DNA of 64,000 nt from an uncultured Acidobacteriota bacterium (GTDB lineage Bacteria > Acidobacteriota > Thermoanaerobaculia > Gp7-AA8), in the NCBI GenBank assembly GCA_963741955.1, contig CAVUKB010000001.1, positions 64,001 to 128,000 on the forward strand. The letters are read 5' to 3'. Below, piece by piece: positions 21,801-30,494 of this stretch; the stretch's first letter is position 1; every line of letters begins with the position of its first letter. The position numbers and the translations under genes were made by a program. The notes under the pieces are model-generated. The model saw only the letters and a list, made by a program, of their open reading frames with translations, was not told the origin of the DNA and searched no databases.

Positions 21801-23412
21801 GAGGACCGAGGTCGGGGAGAGGGAAGGGTGAGGGGCAACCCTGAAAGTTAGTCTCGCAGATCATGCCTCTCGCACGTTCTCCCGTCAGCCGAAGCTCACT
21901 GCTCTCGCGCGGCCTCGCCCTCTCCACTTCCGCACTCACGAACTTCAGCCGAGGACCGAGGTTCGGGGAGAGGGAAGGGTGAGGGGCAACCCTGAAAGTT
22001 GCTCTCGCAGGTCATGCCATGACATATCGAGCCGTTCTTCCCCTCACCCCCTGGCCCCTCTCCCCGAATTGCGATTTCGGGCTGAAGTTGTTTCGTTACG
22101 GACGGGGAGAGGGGAGGGCGATCTTCGCGAGTGCGGATCGACTGCGGCTACGGGAGCGGACCCAAGATTCGGACATCTCGTAGCCCTCACCCTCTCCACG
22201 TCCGCACTCATGAACTTCAGCCGAGGACCGAGGTTCGGGGAGAGGGAAGGGTGAGGGGCAACCCTGAAAGTTGATCTCGCAGATCTCGCCATGACATATC
22301 GAGCCGTTCTTCCCCTCACCCCCTGGCCCCTCTCCCCGAATTGCGATTTCGCGCTGAAGTTGTTTCGTTACGGACGGGGAGAGGGGAGGGCGACCCTCGC
22401 GAGTGCGGATCGACTGCGGCTACGGGAGCGGACCGACACGTGATTCGAGTCGTTCCTGAATCACCGTCAGAATTCGGCGGATGGCGGTTGCAGGATCTCC
22501 GACAATCTCACGGTTCTCGAATCGGATCACCTGAACACCATGCTCGCCGAGCATCTCGGTACGCTTGTCGTCGCAGCGCCGAGCGATCTCCGTGAAGTGA
22601 GGATCGCCATCGAGTTCGATCGCCAGACGCAGGCGGACGCAATAGAAGTCGACGATGAAGTCGCCAATGCGATGTTGTCTTCGAAACTTGAAATCTTCGA
22701 GCCGACGGTCTCGCAGACATTTCCAGAGAGCTCGCTCTGCGTCCGTCTGATTCATCCGAAGTTCACGCTCGTTTTCGCGGCTGGCATTTCTCCGCTGAAA
22801 TCGCATCTCATCATCGTACCTCGGACACCAATTCTCCGCTCTCGCGCGGCCTCATGAACTTCAGCCGAGGACCGAGGTCGGGGAGAGGGAAGGGTGAGGG
22901 GCAACCCTGAAAGTTAGTCTCGCAGATCATGCGATCACACATCGCGCCGTTCTCACGGTTCATCGCCACACGTTGCCAAGCGTTCTTCCCCTCACCCCCT
23001 GGCCCCTCTCCCCGAATTGCGATTTCGGGCTGAAGTTGTTTCGTTACGGACGGGGAGAGGGGAGGGCGATCTTCGCGAGCGCGGATCGACTGCGGCTACG
23101 GGACGATCCAGGATTCAGGCGTTCCGTACATCTCACCCTCTCCACGTCCGCACTCATGAACTTCAGCCGAGGACCGAGGTCGGGGAGAGGGAAGGGTGAG
23201 GGGCAACCCTGAAAGTTAGTCTCGCAGATCATGCGATCACACATCGCGCCGTTCTCACGGTTCATCGCCACACGTTGCCAAGCGTTCTTCCCCTCACCCC
23301 CTGGCCCCTCTCCCCGAATTGCGATTTCGGGCTGAAGTTGTTTCGTTACGGACGGGGAGAGGGGAGGGCGACCCTCGCGAGTGCGGATCGACTGCGCCTT
23401 ACGGGAGCGGAC
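18845..23412. repeat. Mosaic array of palindromic REP-like modules (21 forward P, 7 inverted Q; 151-bp period in the P runs)
   Basis: P = cctcaccctctccacgtccgcactcaYgaacttcagccgaggaccgaggttcggggagagggaagggtgagggg. Q = cccctcaccccctggcccctctccccgaattgcgatttcgggctgaagttgtttcgttacggacggggagagggga, a diverged reverse complement of P. Confidence 0.95.
22420..22806 (-). CDS. DUF559 / Vsr-like endonuclease domain protein embedded in the repeat array
   Basis: RELRMNQTDAERALWKCLR..FKFRRQHRIGDFIVDFYC..LAIELDG.PH....D.KRT..L...GVQVIRFEN.EI matches the DUF559 pattern; TACGAT lies 6 nt before the ATG. Confidence 0.9.
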   Translation of the reverse strand: MRFQRRNASRENERELRMNQTDAERALWKCLRDRRLEDFKFRRQHRIGDFIVDFYCVRLRLAIELDGDPHFTEIARRCDDKRTEMLGEHGVQVIRFENREIVGDPATAIRRILTVIQERLESRVGPLP

Positions 23413-24775
23413 CAATATCGATCCGTGCTCCCGGCCATTCCTGAAGGACCGCGTTCTCCCCTGTCGCCAGCGCCGCGCCGACGATCCAGAGCGAGAGTGT
23501 GGGCTGACTGATGCGTGGGAACGTCCAGACGATGAGCTGCGTCGGTTCGTACGGAAGACGAAGGAAGTAGAGGTAGTAGGCTGCGAGGAGGCCGCCGCCC
23601 GCGATGACGTACGGAAGGAGAGTGCGAATGCGTCCCCGGAACACGAGCAGCGCGATCAACGGGACGAGCCACGCGAGCCAGTACGAGCCGGCCGGCATGT
23701 TCTCCAGGAGCGATCCGACGATCGGAATCGCGTTCCGCCAGTGGATTCCCCCTCCATACTCCCGTTGGGGATCGATGATTGGAATGTGCGCCAGGAGCTC
23801 GAGCGCAATCCACAGGCCGAGGCTCACTGCGGCAATCCCGAGGGATGTCGCCAGGGAAAGCCATTCCATCCGCCGGCGCTCGATCCACCGCTGGATCAGC
23901 GCCGCCGCGATGAACGCTCCGACAATGAGCACGCCCTCGGTTTTCGTGAGCAGCGCCCCGCCGAGGCAAACCCCTGCGACGGTGGCGGTGGAGACGTCGA
24001 AGCGCGTGGAGAAGAGAAGCACCGCAGCCACGGTGGCGAAAACCAGCAGTGGAGCCTCGGCGTTTCCCGCCGACCACGAATCAACGAGAGAGAGCGCGAT
24101 CGCAAGCGACCAGAACGCGGTGAACGCGGCAGCGACGCGTCGAGTGGAGATCTCCGACAGAATCGATTCGATGGTCACCGCGCCGGCAAAGAGCCAGATC
24201 GCCGGAACCGTCAGTCCGAGCGACCAGCTGTGGCGGCCGATCATTAGAGCCTGCCATCCGTAGACTGCGGGCACCAGTTGCGGATAGCTCGGATGCATGT
24301 GGACCGCGTACTCCCAGTTGAGGAATCGCGCGTCGAAACCGCCCGCGGCGACGAAACGGGCCGCTTTCGCTCCCCAGAAGAAGAGGTAATCCGCCGACGT
24401 GGCGTACGTCGAAAACCCGGCGATCGCGAGATAGACGACCGCTGCGACGGTCAGCAGCCATGCCCAGCGGGTGAGCGCGTCGACCGGCGGGATATCGAAT
24501 CGTGGTTCCGGCCTCTTCCTCCTCGCCAGGAGAATGCTGCCGGCCGAAGAGATCACGAGCAGCGGTATGCCGATGGAGGCAATCGACCAGCGAACGCCTG
24601 CGATCGAAAGGAGCGTCATCCACGAGGTGAGGACGACCGACCCTCCGAGAAACGCGAAACCGGCGCGAGCGACGATCGTTTTCGATCGCAGCACCGCAGT
24701 GAACGCGAGAGGTGCCCCGAAGGCCGCGATCGCGACATACGCGAGAATGAACCCCGTGAGCTCGCGCGCCATCAT
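23399..24775 (-). CDS. Polytopic membrane protein, possible GT-C fold glycosyltransferase
   Basis: About 12 hydrophobic segments; FFWGAKA, HPSYP.LVP, AEAPL, LTKTEG motifs; ATG overlaps the upstream stop (ATGA). Confidence 0.65.
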   Translation of the reverse strand: MMARELTGFILAYVAIAAFGAPLAFTAVLRSKTIVARAGFAFLGGSVVLTSWMTLLSIAGVRWSIASIGIPLLVISSAGSILLARRKRPEPRFDIPPVDALTRWAWLLTVAAVVYLAIAGFSTYATSADYLFFWGAKAARFVAAGGFDARFLNWEYAVHMHPSYPQLVPAVYGWQALMIGRHSWSLGLTVPAIWLFAGAVTIESILSEISTRRVAAAFTAFWSLAIALSLVDSWSAGNAEAPLLVFATVAAVLLFSTRFDVSTATVAGVCLGGALLTKTEGVLIVGAFIAAALIQRWIERRRMEWLSLATSLGIAAVSLGLWIALELLAHIPIIDPQREYGGGIHWRNAIPIVGSLLENMPAGSYWLAWLVPLIALLVFRGRIRTLLPYVIAGGGLLAAYYLYFLRLPYEPTQLIVWTFPRISQPTLSLWIVGAALATGENAVLQEWPGARIDIGPLP

Positions 24776-25203
24776 CGTCTCCGATAGACCGTTCCGAGGT
24801 CGCAACGCATGACGGGGGTCAGGTCAGGATCGTCGAGCGTCCGGTGATAGCTGAGAACGTAGAGTGGATGTTCGTCAGGGCGACCGTGCTCGGAGCCGTA
24901 ATAGAAATGCGGGTAGGGACGATCCTTCGGGAAGAGGCCGACGGAGAGCATGTAGAGGTCTTGTTCCTCGGACGGGGAAGGAGCGGCAACCGTATAGGCC
25001 GTTCCCGGCGGAACCACGTCCCTGGCGAGCCACAGGAACTGCCACATCTGAGGATCGGTTCCGGGAGTCAGATCCACCGGCGTCGAGTGGCGCCGGAATC
25101 CATTCGAGTGCGAGATCCGGACGATGTCAGTCGCGCCGATCAGGAGCAATCCTGCTGCCATCAGGATCCAGAACTGCGGGATGGCTCGAGTGCTCGGCCG
25201 CAT
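24772..25203 (-). CDS. Hypothetical membrane-anchored protein
   Basis: One hydrophobic N-terminal segment (FWILMAAGLLLIG); translationally coupled to the downstream gene; start chosen by inference. Confidence 0.6.
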   Translation of the reverse strand: MRPSTRAIPQFWILMAAGLLLIGATDIVRISHSNGFRRHSTPVDLTPGTDPQMWQFLWLARDVVPPGTAYTVAAPSPSEEQDLYMLSVGLFPKDRPYPHFYYGSEHGRPDEHPLYVLSYHRTLDDPDLTPVMRCDLGTVYRRR

Positions 25204-25503
25204 GGCGGCAGATGATACATCAGGGCAGAGGTTCGTTGGGCGCCGGAAGGCTTCGATTCGTTGGAAAGCGACGGAGACAGCGCCCCGGTTCAATCCTGAG
25301 GCGGCGAAGCTTCGGGATCGTGAAATTGCACAGCAGCGCGCGCGGCTCTCTCCATCGTTTCGGCCGCGCGATCGACGGCTATGGGACCGTGTGGCGCCGA
25401 CCGGGCAGCGCCGACCTCGAGGATCGTGCACTCGATGGGGAGCGACGCGGTTCGCTCGAAAGCCATGGTACCATGCACCGTTCATTCGAACCGCGGAACA
25501 AAA

Positions 25504-26448
25504 ATGGCCATTCGTTCGCTCCTCTCACGGACTCGAGGAAGGCTCGGGCGTCTCAAACGAAGAGTCCTGAATCAGCCGGTCGATGCCGTCGCCGTGGCGG
25601 CTGCGAATTTCTGGGATCAACAGTCCGTCAAGCAGTCGATGTACTGGGCCGAGTACCCACTCGTCCGGCAGTACGTGAACCATTGCGTGACTGGAGTGGA
25701 GTGGTTGTGGCCGTTGAGTGCTTTCAAGGTGGGCTGGGCGTACGAAGCATTTGAGCGAGGGCTCTCGATCGGATGCGGCACCGGGGCGCTCGAGCGTGCG
25801 GTGATGCATCTGAACATCTGCCATTCAATCGAGGGACTGGATGTTTCGAAATCCTCCATCCGGCAGGCACGGAACGAGGCCAGGCGGGAACGGATGCGAG
25901 CGATTCGGTACAGAGTCCGCGACTGTGATGCTCTGACCCTGGCTCCTTCTCGCTACGACGTCGTCTTCTTCCACGGGTCGCTCCACCACGTGAGCGATCC
26001 GGATCGACTCCTTGACGAAGTCGTGCGAGCGCTGAAGCCTCACGGGATGCTCTACGTCGACGAGTACGTCGGACCTTCCCGAGACGAGTGGTCGGACGAG
26101 CACCTCGCTCACGCGAGAAGCGCATTCGAATCGATTCCCGAGGAGCTGAAGCTCTGGCCGGTGAATCCTCCACTCGACTGGAGCGACCCTTCGGAGATGA
26201 TCCGCTCGAGCCGGATCCGCCCCGCAGTCGAATCGAGATTCGAGATCGTTCACTACAAGCCCTACTGGGGCAATCTCCTCTTCCCACTCTTGTCCGCGCT
26301 CGACGGCCACCTCATGACCGAACCTGCGAGAGCGGGGCTCGTGGAATCCCTGATTCAGAGGGAAAAGGAGCTGGTGGAATCGGGAGAGTTCGTCGACCCG
26401 CTGTTCGCGGTGATCGTCGCGCGCAAACGTTCCGGTTCGAATCCGTGA
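25504..26448 (+). CDS. Class I SAM-dependent methyltransferase
   Basis: GLSIGCGTGALE, GLDVS, YDVVFFHGSLHHV, LKPHGMLYVDEYVGP. Confidence 0.88.
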   Translation: MAIRSLLSRTRGRLGRLKRRVLNQPVDAVAVAAANFWDQQSVKQSMYWAEYPLVRQYVNHCVTGVEWLWPLSAFKVGWAYEAFERGLSIGCGTGALERAVMHLNICHSIEGLDVSKSSIRQARNEARRERMRAIRYRVRDCDALTLAPSRYDVVFFHGSLHHVSDPDRLLDEVVRALKPHGMLYVDEYVGPSRDEWSDEHLAHARSAFESIPEELKLWPVNPPLDWSDPSEMIRSSRIRPAVESRFEIVHYKPYWGNLLFPLLSALDGHLMTEPARAGLVESLIQREKELVESGEFVDPLFAVIVARKRSGSNP

Positions 26449-26460
26449 TCCCGGGCCGTC

Positions 26461-29340
26461 TCAATCGAACAACTTGAGGAACACGACGTTCGCCACGAAA
26501 TCGCTGTCGGCGTTCGTACCGACCGATTTCCCGATGTCGAAGCGGAGGATCGTTCCCCACGGCCCGATGGTCTGACCGGCCAGCCCGACGCCCTGGAACG
26601 GCTCGCGACGGTAGCCTGCGGTGGCGTCGTCGATCAGCGCGTGGTCGTAGAACATCTCCACCCGGAACTGGTCGGAGAAGACGAAGCCGTACGAGAGGTG
26701 GCCGAGCATCGCGCGCTCGGCGCGTACCGCACCGGAGCGGATTCCGTGCACCCGCTGGGTTCCGAAGAAGCCGAGCTCGTACTTCGAGAAGCGATCGAGA
26801 TTTGCTCCATCGAGGTAATCGGCCTCCACTCCGATCCTCTGGAACTTCGGAAGATAGAACGTCTTCGCGAACGATCCGCCGAAGTGGGAGAAGCTCTTCT
26901 GGTCGGGGTCGTACTCGGAGAGGATCCCCCACGGCTCCCACTTCGTGCGCGTGCCGCGGTCGTAGAAGCCGGTGAGCGAGTAGCCCCAGCGGTCGTACCG
27001 CGCGTCGACCGACGGGGTGATCACGAACGTGTTCGGAGGGACGGCAAACCCGCTCGCCGTATCCTGAGCTCTCTGATAGCTGAGGTAGGCGACACCGAGT
27101 GAGAGGTCGACCTTGCCGAAACCGAGAACCGGATGCCCGGCGCGCAGAGTGAGGTTGATCGGCAGCGTCTTCACCGCTTCACTCTTCGACTCCTCGCCGC
27201 TGCGGTACATCGAGTTCTGGAACGGAACGGCGATGGCCAGGAAGTCGGCGCCGAGGTTCGTCCGGGTCTTGCGGACATTGGGGTTGGTCACGTTCGCTGC
27301 GGTGATGATTCCGGCGAAGAAGACGTTGGTCTGCAGCCCCGTCTTCGCGAGGTCGAAGTTGAAGTAATCGATCCCGCCGAGCGGCGCGACCGGGAACTCC
27401 AGCCCCGCGTCGTGGTGCACGCCTCCGAGCATGAAAAGACGCGAGGTGTCGAAGCCTTCCTTCACCACCCTGTCGCCGTCCTTGTCCTTGACCAGGTAGC
27501 GGAGCCCGTGCTCGGTGTCGCGCACCATGCGCGCGCTCGAGGCGCTCGCCTCTTCGTGGCGCGATGCGAAGTCGGACGGCGCGAGCTCGAAATGCGAAAA
27601 GTCCGTCTCCCGGAGGATCGGCGTGGCGCGTCCCGCCGCCGAGATCACCTGCTGCGCGTGGACCACGGCCGGCAGCCATAGAATCGAGCGCGGATCCTTC
27701 GTCGCGACCGTGGAGGCATCGAGGAGCTGGTGCGACTGGAGATCGAACGGCCGGTAGTCGAGCATCTCTTCGTTCGAGAGAATCTCCCCCTCGAGGTGGA
27801 GCTGGACCATCGAGATCCGGATCCGAGCAAGGCTCTTCTGGTCGATCCAGACCGTTCCGCGGTAGAGGGGGAGATCCTTCGGTGCGTTCGGCGGCGGCTC
27901 GAACCGCACCTCCCACGTCCGGTAGCCGTCGAGCGTCGTCTCGCCGGCGAGCTGATAGCGGTAGTCGTTCGTCAGATGGATGTCGAGCGGGAGCTGCGTC
28001 ACCTTCTCGGGCTGGACGAGCGGGAGCTCCGGAATCTTTCCGTACTTCCACCGCACTCCGTTGATCAGAAAATCCTTCCACACCCAGTCCGCAGTTCCCT
28101 TCGGCTCGAAGAACTGAGGTCCGGCGATGGTCGCTTCGATCGAATCGCCTCCCTGGATCGGAAACCGAAGGTTGGTGGTATTCGTCGCGATGTACGGCGG
28201 CATCACGGTCGATTCGTAGCTCCAGTACGCCTGATGGTTCCGGACGATCTCTTCGACCGGGATGCTGCGCTTCGTCGAGACCTGAATCGATTCCTTCGTC
28301 ACATTCTGCGATTCGATCGGCGGGCGGTCGAGCGCGAGCACCCACGGCGTCGCCGCAGGTTGAACTCCGACCAGGTAACGCGATCCCTTCTTCCCCGTAT
28401 CGGTGATCTTCTTCAGCCCCTCGGCGCCGACCTTCGTCGGATTGGAGAACGCCTCGTCCGGAACGCTGAGGATCACCGGACGATCGCTGTTTCCGGGCGC
28501 GACGACGAGCATCCGGAGATCTTCGCCGCGGACGAATGCGAGCGCGCTCTCGTCGATCTTCTGGCCCGTCGCGTCGAGGATCTCGACCTCGGGATTCGGA
28601 TCGGGGGAGTAGTCGCCGCGCAGCGCGTCGTCGATTGCCGCGATCGCACCGGCCGACGCTTCGTCGAGAGGGCCACGTACGAACGCATTGGTCGCGCCGC
28701 CGCGGAGTGCTGCGGCGATGTCGTAGAACGCGTTGGGATGCTCTTTCCGGACGATGGCGAAGAGACGCTTCGCCGGATCGTTCTCGGTGACCCAGCTCGC
28801 CACGCCGGAGAGTGCGCTCTCAGGGACGACGATCTGGTCGAAGTAGGCCTCCGCGCCGCTGTCGTAGAGCGCCTTCAGCGCAGCGAGAGAGTCCGCGCGG
28901 ACGACGATACTCCGGGCCAGCTCCCGTCCCTGCAGGAGGATCGAGAGCCGCTTGACCGCGTAACCCATGACCGCCGGTTCGGTTCCGGTGAGATCGATTC
29001 CGACCGCCCGGAACGTACCCTGTGTCGCGGTCCAGTCGACCAGGGTCTGGACTTTCTTCTCCGCCGCGTCGAGAGGATCTCCCTCGCCGGCGGATGCAGT
29101 GACGACGAGCACCGTTCTTGCTCTCTGCTCGGCCGTGAGTCCGGAGAGTGTGGAACCGGCTGCGGCGAGCTCGCCCTCGCCGGCTTCGATCAGCAGCGGG
29201 ACGTTCGCGGTGGGAATCGGGTCGGACGCGGTGAGCGCGATTCCGCCACAAAGGGTGCATTCACTCTTCGATTCGGCTGCGATCGAGGGGAGCGCGAGAG
29301 TGAGAAGAGCGAGTGCAATCGGGAGAATCCGGTTCCGCAT
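26461..29340 (-). CDS. Large exported protein (959 aa), central LolA/RseB-like segment and probable C-terminal beta-barrel
   Basis: Signal peptide MRNRILPIALALLTLALPSIA; YQLAGETTLDGYRTWEVRFEP...GTVWID; alternating amphipathic strands ending VVFLKLFD. Confidence 0.7.
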   Translation of the reverse strand: MRNRILPIALALLTLALPSIAAESKSECTLCGGIALTASDPIPTANVPLLIEAGEGELAAAGSTLSGLTAEQRARTVLVVTASAGEGDPLDAAEKKVQTLVDWTATQGTFRAVGIDLTGTEPAVMGYAVKRLSILLQGRELARSIVVRADSLAALKALYDSGAEAYFDQIVVPESALSGVASWVTENDPAKRLFAIVRKEHPNAFYDIAAALRGGATNAFVRGPLDEASAGAIAAIDDALRGDYSPDPNPEVEILDATGQKIDESALAFVRGEDLRMLVVAPGNSDRPVILSVPDEAFSNPTKVGAEGLKKITDTGKKGSRYLVGVQPAATPWVLALDRPPIESQNVTKESIQVSTKRSIPVEEIVRNHQAYWSYESTVMPPYIATNTTNLRFPIQGGDSIEATIAGPQFFEPKGTADWVWKDFLINGVRWKYGKIPELPLVQPEKVTQLPLDIHLTNDYRYQLAGETTLDGYRTWEVRFEPPPNAPKDLPLYRGTVWIDQKSLARIRISMVQLHLEGEILSNEEMLDYRPFDLQSHQLLDASTVATKDPRSILWLPAVVHAQQVISAAGRATPILRETDFSHFELAPSDFASRHEEASASSARMVRDTEHGLRYLVKDKDGDRVVKEGFDTSRLFMLGGVHHDAGLEFPVAPLGGIDYFNFDLAKTGLQTNVFFAGIITAANVTNPNVRKTRTNLGADFLAIAVPFQNSMYRSGEESKSEAVKTLPINLTLRAGHPVLGFGKVDLSLGVAYLSYQRAQDTASGFAVPPNTFVITPSVDARYDRWGYSLTGFYDRGTRTKWEPWGILSEYDPDQKSFSHFGGSFAKTFYLPKFQRIGVEADYLDGANLDRFSKYELGFFGTQRVHGIRSGAVRAERAMLGHLSYGFVFSDQFRVEMFYDHALIDDATAGYRREPFQGVGLAGQTIGPWGTILRFDIGKSVGTNADSDFVANVVFLKLFD

Positions 29341-29427
29341 GCGAGGCCCTTTCCGAGTCGGGACGACTCGCGCAGCTGTAACATGGCCCCCGGAATCAAA
29401 ATTCTTTTCGGGATTCGAGATCCGAGA

Positions 29428-30312
29428 GTGACCACGCGCTCCGAAGGGCTGATCGTACTGAACCAGATGGCCGGCCCGGTTCCGGTGGCGGCGGCCGTGA
29501 TCGAGCCGATGCTCGCCGGGAGGAACTTCGAGATCCTGACCCTCCGCCCCGGGCTCGATCTCGCAGCGATCATCCGGGACCGGCTCTTCCGCGGGATCCG
29601 GCATATCGTCGCGGCGGGAGGTGACGGGACGATTCATCACGTCGCGCAGGCGGTGGTGGGGACGGACGCGGTTCTTTCCATCCTTCCGATCGGGACGTAC
29701 AACCACTTCGCACGGGATCTCGGGATCCCGCTCGGCCTTCGGGATGCGGTCGGAGTGATGCTGAAGGGGCAGACGATCCAGGTCGATACGGGACGGGTGA
29801 ACCACATCCATTTCGTGAACAATCTTTCTCTCGGCCTCTATCCGGAGATCGTCCGGTTGCGGGAGAAGATGGGCCGCAGGAAGCGATCGCGATGGCGGTC
29901 GGTTCTCTACGCGGTCTACAGTGTGATGAGGAGCTACCCCCACGTCGCCTTGACCATCGACTCAGCCCATCTGCTCGAAGCAGTGAAGACGCATCTCTTC
30001 ATGGTCTCGAACAACCCTTACGACCTCTCCGGTCCGGGAATCGAGGCGGCGCGGACGTCGATTCAGCAGGGGCTCCTTTCGGTCTACTGGCTGCCGCACC
30101 GCCCCCGGCTCGCATTCGTCCGGTCGATCGCGAGGTACATCCGGGGCCGGAGCAACGAGCTCGGCGAGCTCCGGTCGACGCGGACGCAGCATCTGCGAAT
30201 CAACTCGCCGCGCCATCATCTGCACGTGGCAGTGGACGGAGAGGTGTTCGAGCTCGAACCTCCGCTGGTGATCGACGCGGTGCCGCTGTCACTCGAGGTC
30301 AAGGTCCCGTAA
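29428..30312 (+). CDS. Diacylglycerol/lipid kinase family protein (start uncertain, 29383 or 29428)
   Basis: VLNQMAG, AAGGDGTI, LPIGTYNHFARDLGIP, VDGE. Confidence 0.88.
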   Translation: MTTRSEGLIVLNQMAGPVPVAAAVIEPMLAGRNFEILTLRPGLDLAAIIRDRLFRGIRHIVAAGGDGTIHHVAQAVVGTDAVLSILPIGTYNHFARDLGIPLGLRDAVGVMLKGQTIQVDTGRVNHIHFVNNLSLGLYPEIVRLREKMGRRKRSRWRSVLYAVYSVMRSYPHVALTIDSAHLLEAVKTHLFMVSNNPYDLSGPGIEAARTSIQQGLLSVYWLPHRPRLAFVRSIARYIRGRSNELGELRSTRTQHLRINSPRHHLHVAVDGEVFELEPPLVIDAVPLSLEVKVP

Positions 30313-30317
30313 GCCGC

Positions 30318-30404
30318 ATGCGCAGGTGGGTTGTTCGTCCCGAACGATGCGCAGGTGGGTTGTTCGTCCCGAACGATGCCCATGTGGGTCGTTCGTCTCG
30401 AACG
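30318..30404. repeat. Three 29-bp tandem repeats, each with a GTGGG foot and a hairpin
   Basis: atgcgcaggtgggttgttcgtcccgaacg twice, then atgcccatgtgggtcgttcgtctcgaacg. Confidence 0.85.
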
Positions 30405-30494
30405 ATGCGGGGTGGCGTCCCGCGCCACCCCGTTGCTTCGTAGACTGAGTTTCGAATCGTTCGAACACCGTTCTCCCCAGCGCGGCACTCGCTA

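Noticed and set aside
18633-22319. Many short ORFs (MSADVERVRPRES..., MREARSAR...)
   Set aside because: They are translations of the repeat; the 151-bp period shifts frame every unit and no SD or protein-like features are present.
18845-23412. CRISPR array interpretation
   Set aside because: The inter-repeat segments are themselves repeated rather than unique spacers, the units are 151 bp, and there are no cas genes.
27730-29427. Long N-terminal extension of the lipid kinase ORF (and of the 1160-aa minus ORF)
   Set aside because: These are antisense shadows of the neighbouring divergent genes, typical of high-GC DNA.
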